Assembly (NCBI RefSeq): GCF_006345805.1
Contig: NC_042999.1
Coordinates: 167,834,001-167,898,000 of the forward strand
Length of the DNA stretch: 64,000 nucleotides
From: Octopus sinensis
Taxonomy: Eukaryota
Direction of reading: 5' to 3'
This document shows positions 14,079 to 27,117 of this stretch, one piece after another (position 1 is the stretch's first letter; every line of letters starts with the position of its first letter). The notes below the pieces were generated by a model. The model was not told the DNA's origin and did not search any database. It saw nothing but the letters and a program-made list of their open reading frames with translations. A program made the translations under genes and the position numbers.

Positions 14079-15265
14079 TGAGAGAGAGGAGGAGGAGGGA
14101 GAAAGGTGTATAAGTAGGTATAGATAGGCATGACTGTGGTTAAGAAACTTGCTTCTCAACCACACATTTGGGCAAGTGTCTTCTACTAGAGCACCAGGTT
14201 AACCAAAGCCTTATGAATAGATTTAGCAGACAGAAACTGGAAGAAGCCATTACGCACACACACATGTAGGAGGGTATCTTTGTGTCACTGTCCTATAATC
14301 AGTGTCATTTGTTTCTAATATTCTGTGAAAACATGTCTGGGGAAATATCATCTTGCTTGGAAACAGATGAGGGCTAACACAACAAACGGCATTGAAATCT
14401 GCCTTAATAATTCCATCCAACCCATGCGAGCATGGAAAAGTGGATGTGAAAATAACGATGATGATGATGAATAAACAACAGGCTTCCACACAGTGTCTGT
14501 CTATCAAATCTCACTCACAAGGGATTTGATCAGCCCAAAACTACAGTGAAAAACACTTCAGATACAATGTAATGTGATCGAGGGGGAAAACCTGAAACCA
14601 AGAGGCTGGGACCCTAACTTCTTAACTGCAACAGCCATGATTGCGTCTATGTGATAGTTTGTAAATTATCTTTTATAATTGGTCAATTATTTGACCTGAA
14701 ATTAACGCAGTTCTACAACAAAGCATTTAACAATATTTTAATGAAACTATATCATTGTGGTCTGTACAACTCTCTTGCTTTACATAATTAATCTGTTATG
14801 AAGTTAATCATAACTAAAATTATCTTTGATTTGTTGGAGTTTTTATTAAATTAATATGAATATAGAATTCTGAGAGTTAAGTAATACTAAGTTATTTGGT
14901 TTTGGGAAACAGTATAGTGTGTGAAACCATAAATCTGTTGTTGTAAACATTCTGAAAGTGCAAGACTAATGATTAAAGAATAATATGAAACAGAAACCTA
15001 TGCTTTTTAATTTGGAGCAATTAAGGAAATTCAAATCAACATAAAAAATAATTAGTGTGGCAATGATTATTTTAAAATTGCTTCAGTTGTAGTATTATCC
15101 TTTCTGAATGCATACATCGTTATATTATTTGTAATAGTGAATATTTATCTCACAAGCTAGTTAGTGCAAGTGATCTGTGTCTGCTATTTCCAACAATGCA
15201 TAATGAGATGGTGATAATCTTAGCCAGGACTGATTTAAGACACTGCTGGTGGTCTTCATATTTAA

Positions 15266-15478
15266 CCCTTTAGTGTTCACATTATTCTGCCAAAATGAAT
15301 CCTTTTTTATCCACATTGTTTTGAACTAATCAGGTATTATCTTGTAGCTATGAGATTTTGATGAGATAGCTGTTAATTTTTAAAACGATATTGTAGGGTT
15401 GGTGTGAGAGACCAGATCTGGCCAGTTTGAACATAAAACAGGCAGAATAGTTTTGGCCGGATATGGCCGGTTTAAAAG
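15266..15478. mobile_element. TTAA-flanked piggyBac-like MITE (family P)
   Basis: TTAA|CCCTTT start; same family as 16118, 18954, 29547, 39141, 55705 and 59097. Confidence 0.7.
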
Positions 15479-16917
15479 GAGTTTCTTCTCACCCAAGTCC
15501 CTCTGAGTTAAAAGAAAAGTAAGGCCAGTGTATCTGAAAGACAGACAAACACCAAGGGAATCTGCAGTGTTATATTCTATTTCTAAGCCCATTGGATAGT
15601 TTTGGATTTTTTTTCTCTCAGGGTGGCCATCCATCCTCCTGCCACCATTAGAGTGGTATTAGAGTGGTATTAGTTGTTTGGTCCCAAGCAGCCTAACCGT
15701 GAAACAGTGGTACTGGTTTACATATTACCAGTAGTAAATAATTTTTCATTTGACCTGATCAAAGCTAATGGAATAAATAGCAAATTCAATGAGTTCTAAA
15801 AAGAGTCTAAGTTCAAATGCTGGCTATGAGAGGTGAAGAACCAAATGTTTCAGTCCTTTCCCAACCATCTCAGTGTGAATAAGCATGAGAAGTTTTGGTT
15901 TATTAGAAGATAAAGGAAAATACTCATGACCCATTTTGAGGTTTCCAGCCCTTGCAGGAGAGGTAAGAAGGAAGTTCCTTCTTCAGACCTTGCAATAGAA
16001 AGGTATTTCCTAAGAACCAGGTTCAGGTGTTAAATTGGATGATAGATTAAGTGTGTCACTCAAATTATCACTTTTTCAGTGAGTAAGCAAATGGCAAATT
16101 ACTTGATTTTTTTGTTTTAACCTTTTAACATTTAAACCGTCCATATCCATCCTAAATATTCTACCTATCTTATGTTCTAACTAGCCAGATCTGGCCTCTC
16201 ACATCTATCCTACAATGTCATTTGAAAAATATATACACACAGCATCAAAATCTCAAATCATAATTAATTCAAAACAACGTGAATAAATAATCATTATATG
16301 CAACAGAACAACAAGCCTAACTGATTCAACAGGATACAAGAACAGGAGTTGTGTTGTTCATGATTTTCCCCAAAGCAATTAAGGAACTAAGTGGTATAGC
16401 TGTATTTGGTAAACATACCCAATGTTGTTACACACTCACAAACACACTGTTCATCAAAAATTTACACAACTCTTGTGGCTCTCATCATAGTATCATTTAC
16501 CAAAATATTCACTGATATTTATTTCTGAAAATGGAGAAAAAATACAATTGATAATATTACTTGTATAATTTGTGCTCCCAACTGCATATATGGAAATTGA
16601 CCTTTCTCAAATTTTCACCCTGATACATCTTATTCATTGAGATTTTGACCTTATTTTCGGAAAATATAAAACATTTTTGTCTCTAAAAAGAGGATGTATG
16701 AAATGGTTTTCATCAACAGAGAAATACTTACGAATAAACAAAGAAAAAAATTACTTGTTTTAATAATGAATTTGTACAACCAACAATTCTTTCAGGGACA
16801 GATTTGTGTATATGTGTGTGTGAGTGTGCACACATATCCACACACATAATTGCTCATTCCTGAACACAAACATTTACACATTTATGTGCTTGCATGCACA
16901 CATTATATATATATATA

Positions 16918-17225
16918 GGTGGAGGCGCAATGGCCCAGTGGTTAGGGCAGCGGCCTTGCGGTCGTAGGATTGCGGTTTCGACTCCCAGACCGGGCGTTGT
17001 GTGTGTTTATTGAGCGAATACACCTAAAAGCTCCACGATGCTCCGGCAGGGGGTGGTGATCCCTGCTGTACTCTTTCACCACTCTTTCTCTCACTCTTTC
17101 TTCTGTTGGCCTGCTCACTTAGCCAGCGGGGTGGCGTCATTCGAAGGCTAAAACAATGCGATGCATTGTGACCAGCGATGTGTAGCAACATCTGATGGTC
17201 TGGTCGGTCACGTGATCACGTGATA
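16918..17225 (+). mobile_element. SINE family B2
   Basis: Full head and B2 tail, flanked by (TA)n. Confidence 0.9.
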
Positions 17226-17370
17226 TATATATATATAGAGAGAGAGAAAATTATGAGTTAGAAATTATGCAACCATCTAAAGGATAAATGATCCATAGAC
17301 GCTACTGGTGCGTTACCTAACTATGTATAGGCCTTGCTGTAAGGTTAACAGTAGTTGGTAATTTAAGGGT

Positions 17371-17686
17371 AAACATCATCACAATGATTTGAACTGTACC
17401 AAAGGAATATTGACAGGAGATCAAAGGTTGACAGGAGAAAAAAGGAAAAGATTTGTTAGGTCTTTAGGCTTACATTTTTGTATCCTTAAAATTTGGCACA
17501 TGTGTGTACAATTGCTTCAAGCAACTGTTCACACACGTGCCATCTTTTAAGGATACAAAAATGTAAGCCTAAAGACCTAATGGCCTTTTCATTTTTCTTT
17601 TCCTTTTCTTTTTTCCTTTCTTCTCCTTTCAACTTTCGATCTGTCAATATTCCTCTGGTAAAGTTCAAATCATTCTGATGATGTTT
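17371..17686. repeat. 316-bp fold-back (palindromic) element
   Basis: Outer arms aaacatcatcacaatgatttgaact / agttcaaatcattctgatgatgttt; inner 36-bp perfect arms 17456-17491 / 17545-17580; pairing continues almost to the centre (~17518). Confidence 0.85.
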
Positions 17687-17839
17687 GTTACATGGAACGA
17701 GATAAACGCAAGTTTACCTCAAAAATAAACTGAAACAGCTGTAAATGTTATCTTAACGATAATTAAACTATGATCATTCAATACTAACGATCAACTTCTA
17801 ATTGTGCAATGTTGCTCTATTTCTTCTCTTACCTTTTTT

Positions 17840-18000
17840 CAAAATGTAACCACATGTGAATCGTTGGTGATTTTTTTCCTCTGTCTTCCTTTTCTATTGG
17901 ACTTTCCTCTGTTTCTGTAGAAGAGCTTTGCTCGAAATGTTAAACCATCTTTCTTTCCTTCCCTGAGTGTCCTCACGTTGTTGGGGTTTTTTTTTTGTTC
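17840..18000 (+). mobile_element. Penelope-like pseudo-LTR remnant with degenerate minimal hammerhead
   Basis: ctgtaga-a-gagc-ttt-gctc-gaaa-tgtta at 17915-17942: stem II intact, core CUGANGA mutated. Confidence 0.5.
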
Positions 18001-18550
18001 TTCATTTTTTGGGATTTGCTACATATATATATAAATATATATATATATATAATGTGTTGTTTTCATAGATTGTGTTTCAAACTTTCATTTGCAAAGCATT
18101 AGTCATTCCAAGGTTATGTGCAGAAGACACTTGTCAAAGCTGCTATGCAGTGGGACAGAACTTAAAACCAGGTGACTACAAATCAAACTTAATCACATAG
18201 ATACACTGGTGATTCATTGTACATGCATGTGTGTGTGTACAGCATACACATTTATTCGCCTGCTTATTTAAGTTTTGTACTAATTCAAAACTTCTCTAAA
18301 GTTTGGTATGAAACTTGAACCAGTTGTTGTTCAAGTTAAATCCCAGTGACATAACCATTGTTCTTTTATTCGAACATTTCTAAGAATACAAATATCCAAT
18401 GTGCTAGAAGATGCTACTATAAGCATATAATGCAAGAAGAGCAGTCAGTGCCATCTGTTCCAGATTCTTAAAATTCAACATCTTAGAGTCAAAATAGTCC
18501 TACAGAACAAGAGTTGGATATAAAAAATGTGTAACTCTAATGTATATATA

Positions 18551-18900
18551 GGAGCACTCCGTCGGTTACGACAATGAGGGTCCCAGCTGATACAATCAAC
18601 GGAACAGCTTGCTCACAGACACGTGTACCCTTAACATAGTTCTCGAGGAGATTCAGCATGACACAGAGTATGACAAGGCTGGCCCTTTGAAATACAGGTA
18701 CAACAGAAACAGGAAGAAAGAGTGAGAGAAAGTTGTGGTGAAAGAGTACAGCAGGGTTCACCACCACCCCCTGCAGGAGCCTCATGAAGCTTTAGGTGTT
18801 TTCGCTCAATAAACACTCACAATGCCCGGTCTGGGAATCGAAACCGCGATCCTATGACTGTGAGTACGCTGCCCTAACCACTGGGCCATTGCACTTCCAC
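18551..18900 (-). mobile_element. SINE family B1
   Basis: Same head as B2 with a different tail ending ...gacggagtgct(t/c)c; copies at 21418, 28542, 42921, 51667 and 60860. Confidence 0.88.
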
Positions 18901-18953
18901 TCTAATGTATAATAAAGACAAAAGATGGGCAAACATTTATATATGGTATTTAA

Positions 18954-19158
18954 CACTTTAGCATTTAATCTGGCCATATCCAGCCTAAATATTCTACCTA
19001 TCTTATGTTCAAAGTGGTCAGATCCTGCCTCTCACACCTACAGTGTCATTTTGAAAATATACAATCATATCATTGAAATCTCAAGGCTACAAGTTGATAA
19101 TTGATTAGTTGAAAACAATAAGCATTACATTTGACAGAGTAATATGAAAGCTAAAGGG
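18954..19158. mobile_element. piggyBac-like MITE family P
   Basis: TTAA...AAGGG|TTAA termini; internal match to the other copies. Confidence 0.78.
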
Positions 19159-19535
19159 TTAATCATTTTGTCACCCATCCTTATGAAGAGAAAATTTGGC
19201 ACTTCAACACTTCCAATTTAACCACACTACTATGTTGTGTTTATGTGTTGATGTGTATTATGGCATCAGTATGTATACTTGTTTGTATTATACATTCTAT
19301 AGCATCAACCAACTACTGAATTTTTGAAACAGTTGTAAAAGATATATAGAAAGGGCTTTTATCTTCACATAATATTTATGTTTACATTTATGTAACATCA
19401 CTCATAAATGATTTAACGTCATATGTAAGTGCTTGACCGTTTTTGTCTCCTTAAGAATATAAAATAAAAATAAACTTTTACATTTGTTCAAACATTTCAT
19501 CTATATATGTAATTATATAATAGTTACACAGATAT

Positions 19536-19949
19536 ACTCTTTTACTCTTTTACTCTTTTTACTCTTTTACTTGTTGCAGTCATTTGACTGTGACCATGCT
19601 GGAGCACCGCCTTTAGTCGAGCAAATCGACCCCGGGACTTATTCATTGTAAGCCCAGTACTTATTCTATCGGTCTCTTTTGTCGAACCGCTAAATGACGG
19701 GGACGTAAACACACCAGCATCGGTTGTCAAGCAATGCTAGGGGGACAAACACAGACACACAAACACACATATATATATACATATATACGACAGGCTTCTT
19801 TCAGTTTCCATCTACCAAATCCACTCACAAGGCATTGGTCGGCCCGGGGCTATAGCAGAAGACACTTGCCCAAGATGCCACGCAGTGGGACTGAACCCGG
19901 AACCATGTGGTTGGTTAGCAAGCTACTTACCACACAGCCACTCCTGCGC
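19536..19949 (-). mobile_element. SINE family A
   Basis: Full-length, with a (tactcttt)n tail. Confidence 0.9.
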
Positions 19950-21417
19950 AATATATGTCTGCAATATATATTTACTCATGCATACATTCAAATATAGGTG
20001 AAGAAACACATTAAATGTCCAATCATTTAAAACAAAAAGGTAAAGTAATTTTTCACAAATATTTATATCATTAAAATCTTCATGAGAAAATAGTGAACAA
20101 CAGAAATCATTACGTTAGTGAAACGAATACACATGTTTATGAAGGAGCTTCTAAGCGATGGCTTGACCTACTAGAAATAGTAACCAAATTTCTCTATCAT
20201 ATCCTACCATCCTCAAAAAAGGGACACATTAAATGATGTAGTTCTAGACATGTTATTGCACACAGTATGGCTGAATGGTTAAGTTGTTTGATTCATAATA
20301 ATGGGGTCGTAGATTCAATTCCTCTGTATGACATCTTGGGATGTGAAAGGATGAAAGGCTAAGTTGACCAAGGTAGGATATAAACTCTGAGCACCAAGAG
20401 TCAGAACAAATATTGCAAGAGATTTTATCTGGCTCTGTAATGACTCTGCTAATTGCTGCCTCCATCAGCACTATCCTGGGCTTAAATGAAAACACCAGCT
20501 TAATTATAAACACATATTTTCTAAGAAACTTGAACCTCAAAATGTGTACAAACCTCATTAGTTAGGCATAGTACAGACACACAGATATTGTCCAATGGGT
20601 TTCTTTAAACTATTTTGTAAGGTTAAGAGAATATCTAGAATTTTGTTGGTTGTTAGTTATTATGTAATAAGTTAGGTATTGTTTCTTGATAAAGAAGTGT
20701 TGTGTTCTGAGTGATAGATGTTTATATAACTGGATCCTTAGTATACAGTTGAATGGTTGGTTGAGATGATTGACACCTCACATTCTTAATGTCTTCTGTG
20801 TAATCTAGTGAAGAATAAATATATCAATTATGTAAACTATGTTTTTACACCAGAAAGCCTAAATTTAGCTAATAAGGAACCTAGAAACAGCTTAGAAATG
20901 TTATAGTCTAGAATGTGGCATGAGGAAAACTTAAGACTCAGTCTTTAGTGACATAACTGTGGCAGTAATAATATTTTGTCACTTCAGCGTAAGACCAGAA
21001 ATTGTAGTGATGGGGGTTACAATTACTTTAACAGAACCAGAATACATTATTAAAGGAATCAGCAGAGTCATTATATTAGGATTTGTTCCAGCTCTCTGCA
21101 TTCTTGGTTTCAATCAGCTGAAGAATGACTTTCTTGATTATGGTATAATGAAAGACGTGGAGGCGCAATGGCCCAGTGGTTAGGAGTCTAAGAAGTTGTG
21201 AAAATCTTAGTTGAAACTCAATTCAAACTTGGTTACCTTATAACGCAATTCCTTCGTTTCAAACAGATTTACAATACGTTGAATTACATTAGGTTAGAAT
21301 CAAACCTAAGAAGCACAAAGAATCCACTGCAGTTATTGTAACATCATTATGGAATTATTATCCATATTTAAATGAAGTGGCCTACATGTTTGTGTTTTTC
21401 AATGCTTAGTATGTGTA

Positions 21418-21802
21418 GAGGAGGTGCAATGGCCCAGTGGTTAGGGCAGCGGACTCGCAGTCATAGGATCACGGTTTCGATTCCCAGACCGGGCATTGTG
21501 AGTGTTTATTGAGCGTAAACACCTAAAGCTCCACGAGTCTCCGGCAGGGGATGGTGGTGATCCCTGCTGTACTCTTTCACCACAACTTTCTCTCACTCTT
21601 ACTTCCTGTTTCTGTTGTACCTGTATTTCAAAGGGCCGGCCTTGTCACTCTCTGTGTCATGCTGAATATCCCCGAGAACTACGTTAAGGGTACACGTGTC
21701 TGTGGAGTGCTCAGCCACTTACACGTTAATTTCACGAGCAGGCTGTTCTATTGATTCGGATCAACCGGAACCCTCGTCGTCATAACCGACGGAGTGCTTC
21801 CA
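21418..21802 (+). mobile_element. SINE family B1
   Basis: Full head-to-tail match. Confidence 0.9.
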
Positions 21803-22002
21803 TCCATCCAATGAAAGACAAAGTACCATTGAGGAAGTGGAATTAATTCTTTCTATGTATGTATGTATGTAGATGCAGATAATTTTTCACTGCACATGTA
21901 TGTAAATAGAATAACGATATTTACAATGATATTGTGTTTAATTCTATTAAAAATGCATTGTAGTGCTTGTGTGTGTGTGTGTGTATGTGTGTATATATAT
22001 AT

Positions 22003-22306
22003 CACGTGATCATGTGACCGACCAGACCATCAGATGTTGTTACACATCGTTGGTCACAATACGTTTGCATTGTTTTAGCCTTTGAATGACGCCACCCCGC
22101 TGGCTAAGCGAGCAGGCCAACAGAAGAAAGAGTGGGAGAAAGAGTGGTGAAAGAGTACAGCAGGGATCACCACCCCCTGCCGGAGCCTCGTGGAGCTTTT
22201 AGGTGTTTTCGCTCAATAAACACACACAACGTCTGGTCTGGGAATCGAAACCGCGATCCTGCGACCGCGAGTCCGCTGCCCTAACCACGAGGCCATTGCA
22301 CCTCCG
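22003..22306 (-). mobile_element. SINE family B2
   Basis: Reverse complement of the 16918 copy. Confidence 0.9.
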
Positions 22307-22560
22307 TGTATATATATAGTATTAATAAAATAGGAGATAGAATGTGTATTAGACTTTATCAAGTATAACACATTTCAACCCATTGTTCTGTGTCTCATTA
22401 GGTACATCAATAAAAATGTCGCACAAGAGATTCCTTGTGTTGGCTTGCTTACTGCTATATGCCCGTCAAATTTGAGGATGAATAAAAGCAAAGAAAAATT
22501 ATTGAGATGCAAAAAATTCAAATATGAGCATGGAATGTATACATTCCAGTTTAGATAAAA

Positions 22561-23075
22561 TCTATATATATAAAACTCTAGTTGTGTGAGTGTCTGTCCC
22601 CTTCGATTTAGATTCCTAACTCCTCCCACATTTTGCGGTGCAGTTTAACCAAATTCGGGTATCTTATAGTCGTGATTCATATCGAGCCCGTCTGGGTATT
22701 AGCGCGTGTCAACGATGAGTCTACGATTTTAAAAATAATTTAACATCATTTTTTATTCCATTTTAATGCATAATTTTTCGTGTGTTGATGGCGGCGGAGT
22801 TGGCGTCCACGCTCAAACACTTGCACCTGTTTGCTTCTCCCCCTTCTTCCCTCCCTCGTGAAGCTGTGGGGAAGGGAGTTTAAGGAAATCAACGTCGTAA
22901 AGCGTTGTCAAGGAGACCAGCGTTCTTTTAGAACAACGACTTCATGGCTTGAAGACACCAAAACAAAAATGGCTAAGAAAGCCCGAATTGGCATCTATAA
23001 GGGAAGTAACTCTCTAAAAATGCTTATATAGTTATTTCCCTTACAAACCCGAGCAACGCCGGGCGATACTGCTAG
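22561..23075 (+). mobile_element. Non-autonomous Helitron with ~215-bp GC-richer internal segment
   Basis: A|TCTATATATATAAAA start, hairpin-CTAG|T end; near-identical copy at 46759-47271 (-). Confidence 0.88.
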
Positions 23076-23340
23076 TGATATATAATCAGCTTATGCTGAG
23101 AAAGAAAAAAGAACGTAAAAGGCGAAAGGAAGATAATAGACAAATTTTTTGTGTTCATGTGTAGATGCATACATGCACAGAGATATAGACACACATACAC
23201 ACACATATATATATATATACAGACATATACATGCACACTTCCACATACGCATATACATACATCTAGATACATGCACATACACACATATGGACGTATAGAT
23301 GTATACAAACTCATATATACAGGTACACATGTGCATATAC

Positions 23341-23549
23341 TCTTTATTCTTTTACTTGTTTCAGTCATTTGACTGCGGCCATGCTGGAGCACTGCCTTTA
23401 GTCGAGCAAATCGACCCCGGGACTTATTCTTTGTAAGCCCAGTACTTATTCTATCGGTCTCTTTTGCCGAACCGCTAAGTGACGGGGATGTAAACACACA
23501 CCAGCATCGGTTGTCAAGCAATGCTAGGGGGACAAACACAGACACACAA

Positions 23550-23586
<37 letters not shown>

Positions 23587-23754
23587 CATATATACGACAG
23601 GCTTCTTTCAGTTTCCGTCTACCAAATCCACTCACAAGGCATTGGTCGGCCTGGGGCTATAGCAGAAGACACTTGCCCAAGATGCCACGCAGTGGGACTG
23701 AACCCAGAATCATGTGGTTGGTTAGCAAGCTACCTACCACACAGCCACTCCTGC

Positions 23755-23755
<1 letters not shown>
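23341..23755 (-). mobile_element. SINE family A
   Basis: Full-length match. Confidence 0.9.
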
Positions 23756-23791
<36 letters not shown>

Positions 23792-24458
23792 AATATACAT
23801 ACATAACATACATAAATATGTGCATAGATTTGTGTTTCAATAATTTTTCTTTGTTTTTTTATTCATTCTCAACAAGTCTCTAGGGTGACTTTTTTTATTG
23901 ATGTACCAGAAAAGACCCAGAACAATGGCTCAAAACATGTGTTGTACTCAATAAAGTCTAATACACATTCTATCTCCTATTTAATTAATACTGTCACCCC
24001 AACCACCTCTGCAAAGTTCCTGGAGTAAATCTACAGATAACTAGCAACCTAAACTCTGCCGCTGCTTTACTCATCTTCTATTTATGCATTTTGTATAATT
24101 TTTCCATTATATATTTATTGGCAGTAATTAGGAAGTAATTTCTCATTGCTTTTTAAATGCCTGTCCTTTTAGCATAATTGCATTTCATCTTATTGCTCTA
24201 CTTTATCTTTTTCATTATTGATGTCCACGCTTTATTCATGTTGCATGTTTTGCCAGCATTCTTCCCACATGCAATGCATACCATATGCATACTTAAACAT
24301 ATACACAATAGGAATATATGATACAATGATATCATCAAATCAATGTAAAACATACTGTCTTAAAGATAGCATGTTCACACTAGTGTATGTGTGTGTGTAT
24401 ACATATATATATATATATATATATATGTGTATACATATATATATATATATATATATAT

Positions 24459-24712
24459 GTGCAGGTGGCACATAAAATACACCAATCCGACCGTGGCCGT
24501 TGCCAGCCTCGCCTGGCACCTGTGCAGGTGGCACGTGAAAAGCACCCACTACACTCACGGAGTGGTTGGCGTTAGGAAGGGCATCCAGCTGTAGAAACAC
24601 TGCCAGATAAGACTGGAGCCTGGTGCAGCCTTCTGGCTTCCCAGATCCCCGGTCGAACCGTCCAACCCATGGTAGCATGGAGAACGGACATTAAACGATG
24701 ATGATGATGATG

Positions 24713-24714
<2 letters not shown>
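24459..24714 (+). mobile_element. RTE-associated 3' tail / SINE with (GAT)n end
   Basis: gttggcgttaggaagggcatccagctgtag...ccatggtagcatggagaacggacattaaacgatgatgat; diverged relatives at ~8000, 14280, 24840, 55900 and 63110. Confidence 0.65.
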
Positions 24715-24764
<50 letters not shown>

Positions 24765-25827
24765 TATATTATATATATATATATAAGAATGAGGTATGTG
24801 GTGCAGTGAGATGGATTCACTTATTTAGATATATATAGAAAGGCACCTGTGCCAGTGACACGCAAAAAGCACCCACTACACTACATTGGTTAGTGTAGAA
24901 ACCAAGCCAAAATCAGACTAGAACCTGTTACAGCTCCCTGGCTTACCAGTTCCAGTCAAACCATCTAACTCATGCCAGCATAGAAAGCAGATGCTAAATG
25001 ATGATGATGACATATATACACATAAATATACCTTTACATCCATTGCCATAGCCATATCTCTGAGAAACCATAGATATCTTGGTCATATGTCTACTTGTCT
25101 GCACTCCTGCCATCTGCAAACTAAAAGAACCGCCATTTATGCATACTGTACATGTTTGTATATTTGTGAATGGTTTATTTTGAAGTAGCACCGTACAAAA
25201 TAAGATATACAAAAAAAGACTCAATGAATTGCATGTCCTAACTTCAGAGAAAAATTATCATTTTATTGATTTTTATGTTTCTATTTAAAGCACTTCTCCA
25301 TGAATCTATGTATTGAAAGTGGAAATTATTTCTACCTTTATTCATTTTTTCATACTGGATTTCCTCATTGAACTGCAACTTGTTGGATTTGTTACACCTA
25401 AAAAATAATTGTAACTCTAGATAATTACCATTCTGAAGGTTTTAAAGCAATAACATAATGGATTTAGTTGAGCTTGTTGATTTAAATCATGGCTTAGGAT
25501 TAACAACAGATAGTAATTTAAGTCTTTGCTATTTGACAATGGATGTTGAAATTATCTTGTTTTGTTTTTGTTTTTGTTTTGTTTTTTTGAGGGGTGGGGG
25601 TTATAGTACAGATAAATATTCACTATTGCATTTTGGTTATTGTTTTAATGAAAACACTCAATGAATTTTCATTTATCAACAGTGTATTTATATTTTTATT
25701 TTTACTTTCATTTATCAGTTTTTAAAATTTAATGAAGAAAAATATGGTTTTAGTTAGCAGAAGATATTCGCTAATCAGTTTAACCCTCTAACATTCAGAT
25801 TACTCTCTCAAATTCATTGCTTATTTA

Positions 25828-27117
25828 CAAGGGACATTCAATAAGTAATGCCCCTGACCCACTTGCAGTTGATTGATCTAGCTGATTGATCTAGATAAAT
25901 AATGTGCAATTATTTATATCTCTATAGATTAAGTGGCAAATTACAGCTCTGAACTAATTGTGGTTTCTGATTTACAGGTGTTTGAACAGAGTCAAGTGTG
26001 AAATGGAGCCTGTTGAGTGTCGAGCAGTGATCCGGTTTTTGTATTTGAAAGGACGCACACCACGAGAGACTTTTGATGAAATGAAAGTAACTTATGGTGA
26101 TGATGCCCCATCATATGACCTTGTAAAACGCTGGCATCGTGAATTCAAACATGGTCGGAACTCTGTGGAAACAGCTTCCAGATCTGGTCGCCCCCCCTTC
26201 TGCCATTGTCCATCAAGTTGAGGCTGCCATTTTGGAAGATCGACGCATAACTATTCGCCAAATAGCCCATGAGGTCAAGATTAGTACCGGGTCTGTGGAA
26301 ACTATCATTCATGACCATTTGCATATGCAAAAGGTGTCTGCCAGATGGATTCCCAGGTTGCTCACACCTTTCCAAAAGCAAGAACGCGTCGAGTGTTCGA
26401 GGATGAATTTGGAGATGTGCCAAGAAGATGAGTCAAAATTTTTCAAAAGACTGATTGCACAGGATGAAACCTGGGTCCATCACTATGATCCAGAGACCAA
26501 AGCCCAGTCAATGCAGTGGAAGCACCATGACTCACCTCCTCCAAAGAAGGCAAGGGTGCAGCCCTCCGCTGGCAAGGGCATGCTCACAGTCTTCTGGGAC
26601 CAGGATGGAGTAGTGATGACAGATTTCCTGGCAAAGGGTACCACAATTACAGGAGCCTATTATGCTTCACTTTTGAAGAAATTAAGAGAAGCTATCAAAA
26701 TCAAGAGGCGGGGCAAGATCAGCAAAGGCATCCTCCTCCTGCAGGACAACACTCCGGTCCACAACTTGTGTGTCGCCAGATCAGAAGCACAGGCCTGTGG
26801 CTATGAACTCCTCCCTCATCCCCCCTACTCTCCTGACCTTGCACCCTCTGATTTTCACCTCTTCCCAGCTATGAAGTTGTTTTTGAAAGGAAAGCGTTTC
26901 CCAGATGATGCAGCCTTGATTTCTGAAGTCACGTCGTGGTTGGAGGACCAAGCTGGGGTCTTCTACAAAAACGGTCTGCAGAGCTGCATCAAACGATGGG
27001 AGAAATGCGTAACTCTGGGTGGTTCCTATGTAGAAAAAGACTAATAACTGTGCCAAGTTTCGTTGCTCTACTGCTATGGGAAGTGGGTCAGGGGCATTAC
27101 TTATTGAACGCCCCTCG
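25828..27117 (+). mobile_element. mariner (DD34D, irritans/Himar1-like) transposon, 1290 bp, inserted in a family P MITE
   Basis: TA|caagggacattcaataagtaatgcccctgacccact and agtgggtcaggggcattacttattgaacgcccctcg|TA TIRs with TA TSD; the flanks rejoin into MITE sequence gcttatt(ta)tt...cattgttttgaattaatc. Confidence 0.97.
26003..27044 (+). pseudogene. mariner transposase, single frameshift near 26190-26210
   Basis: MEPVECRAVIRFLYLKG...RSGRP / ...WIPRLL...QDETWVHHYDPE...QDNTPVH...YSPDLAPSDFHLF...KRWEKCVTLGGSYVEKD; exactly 34 residues between D2 and D3. Confidence 0.93.
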
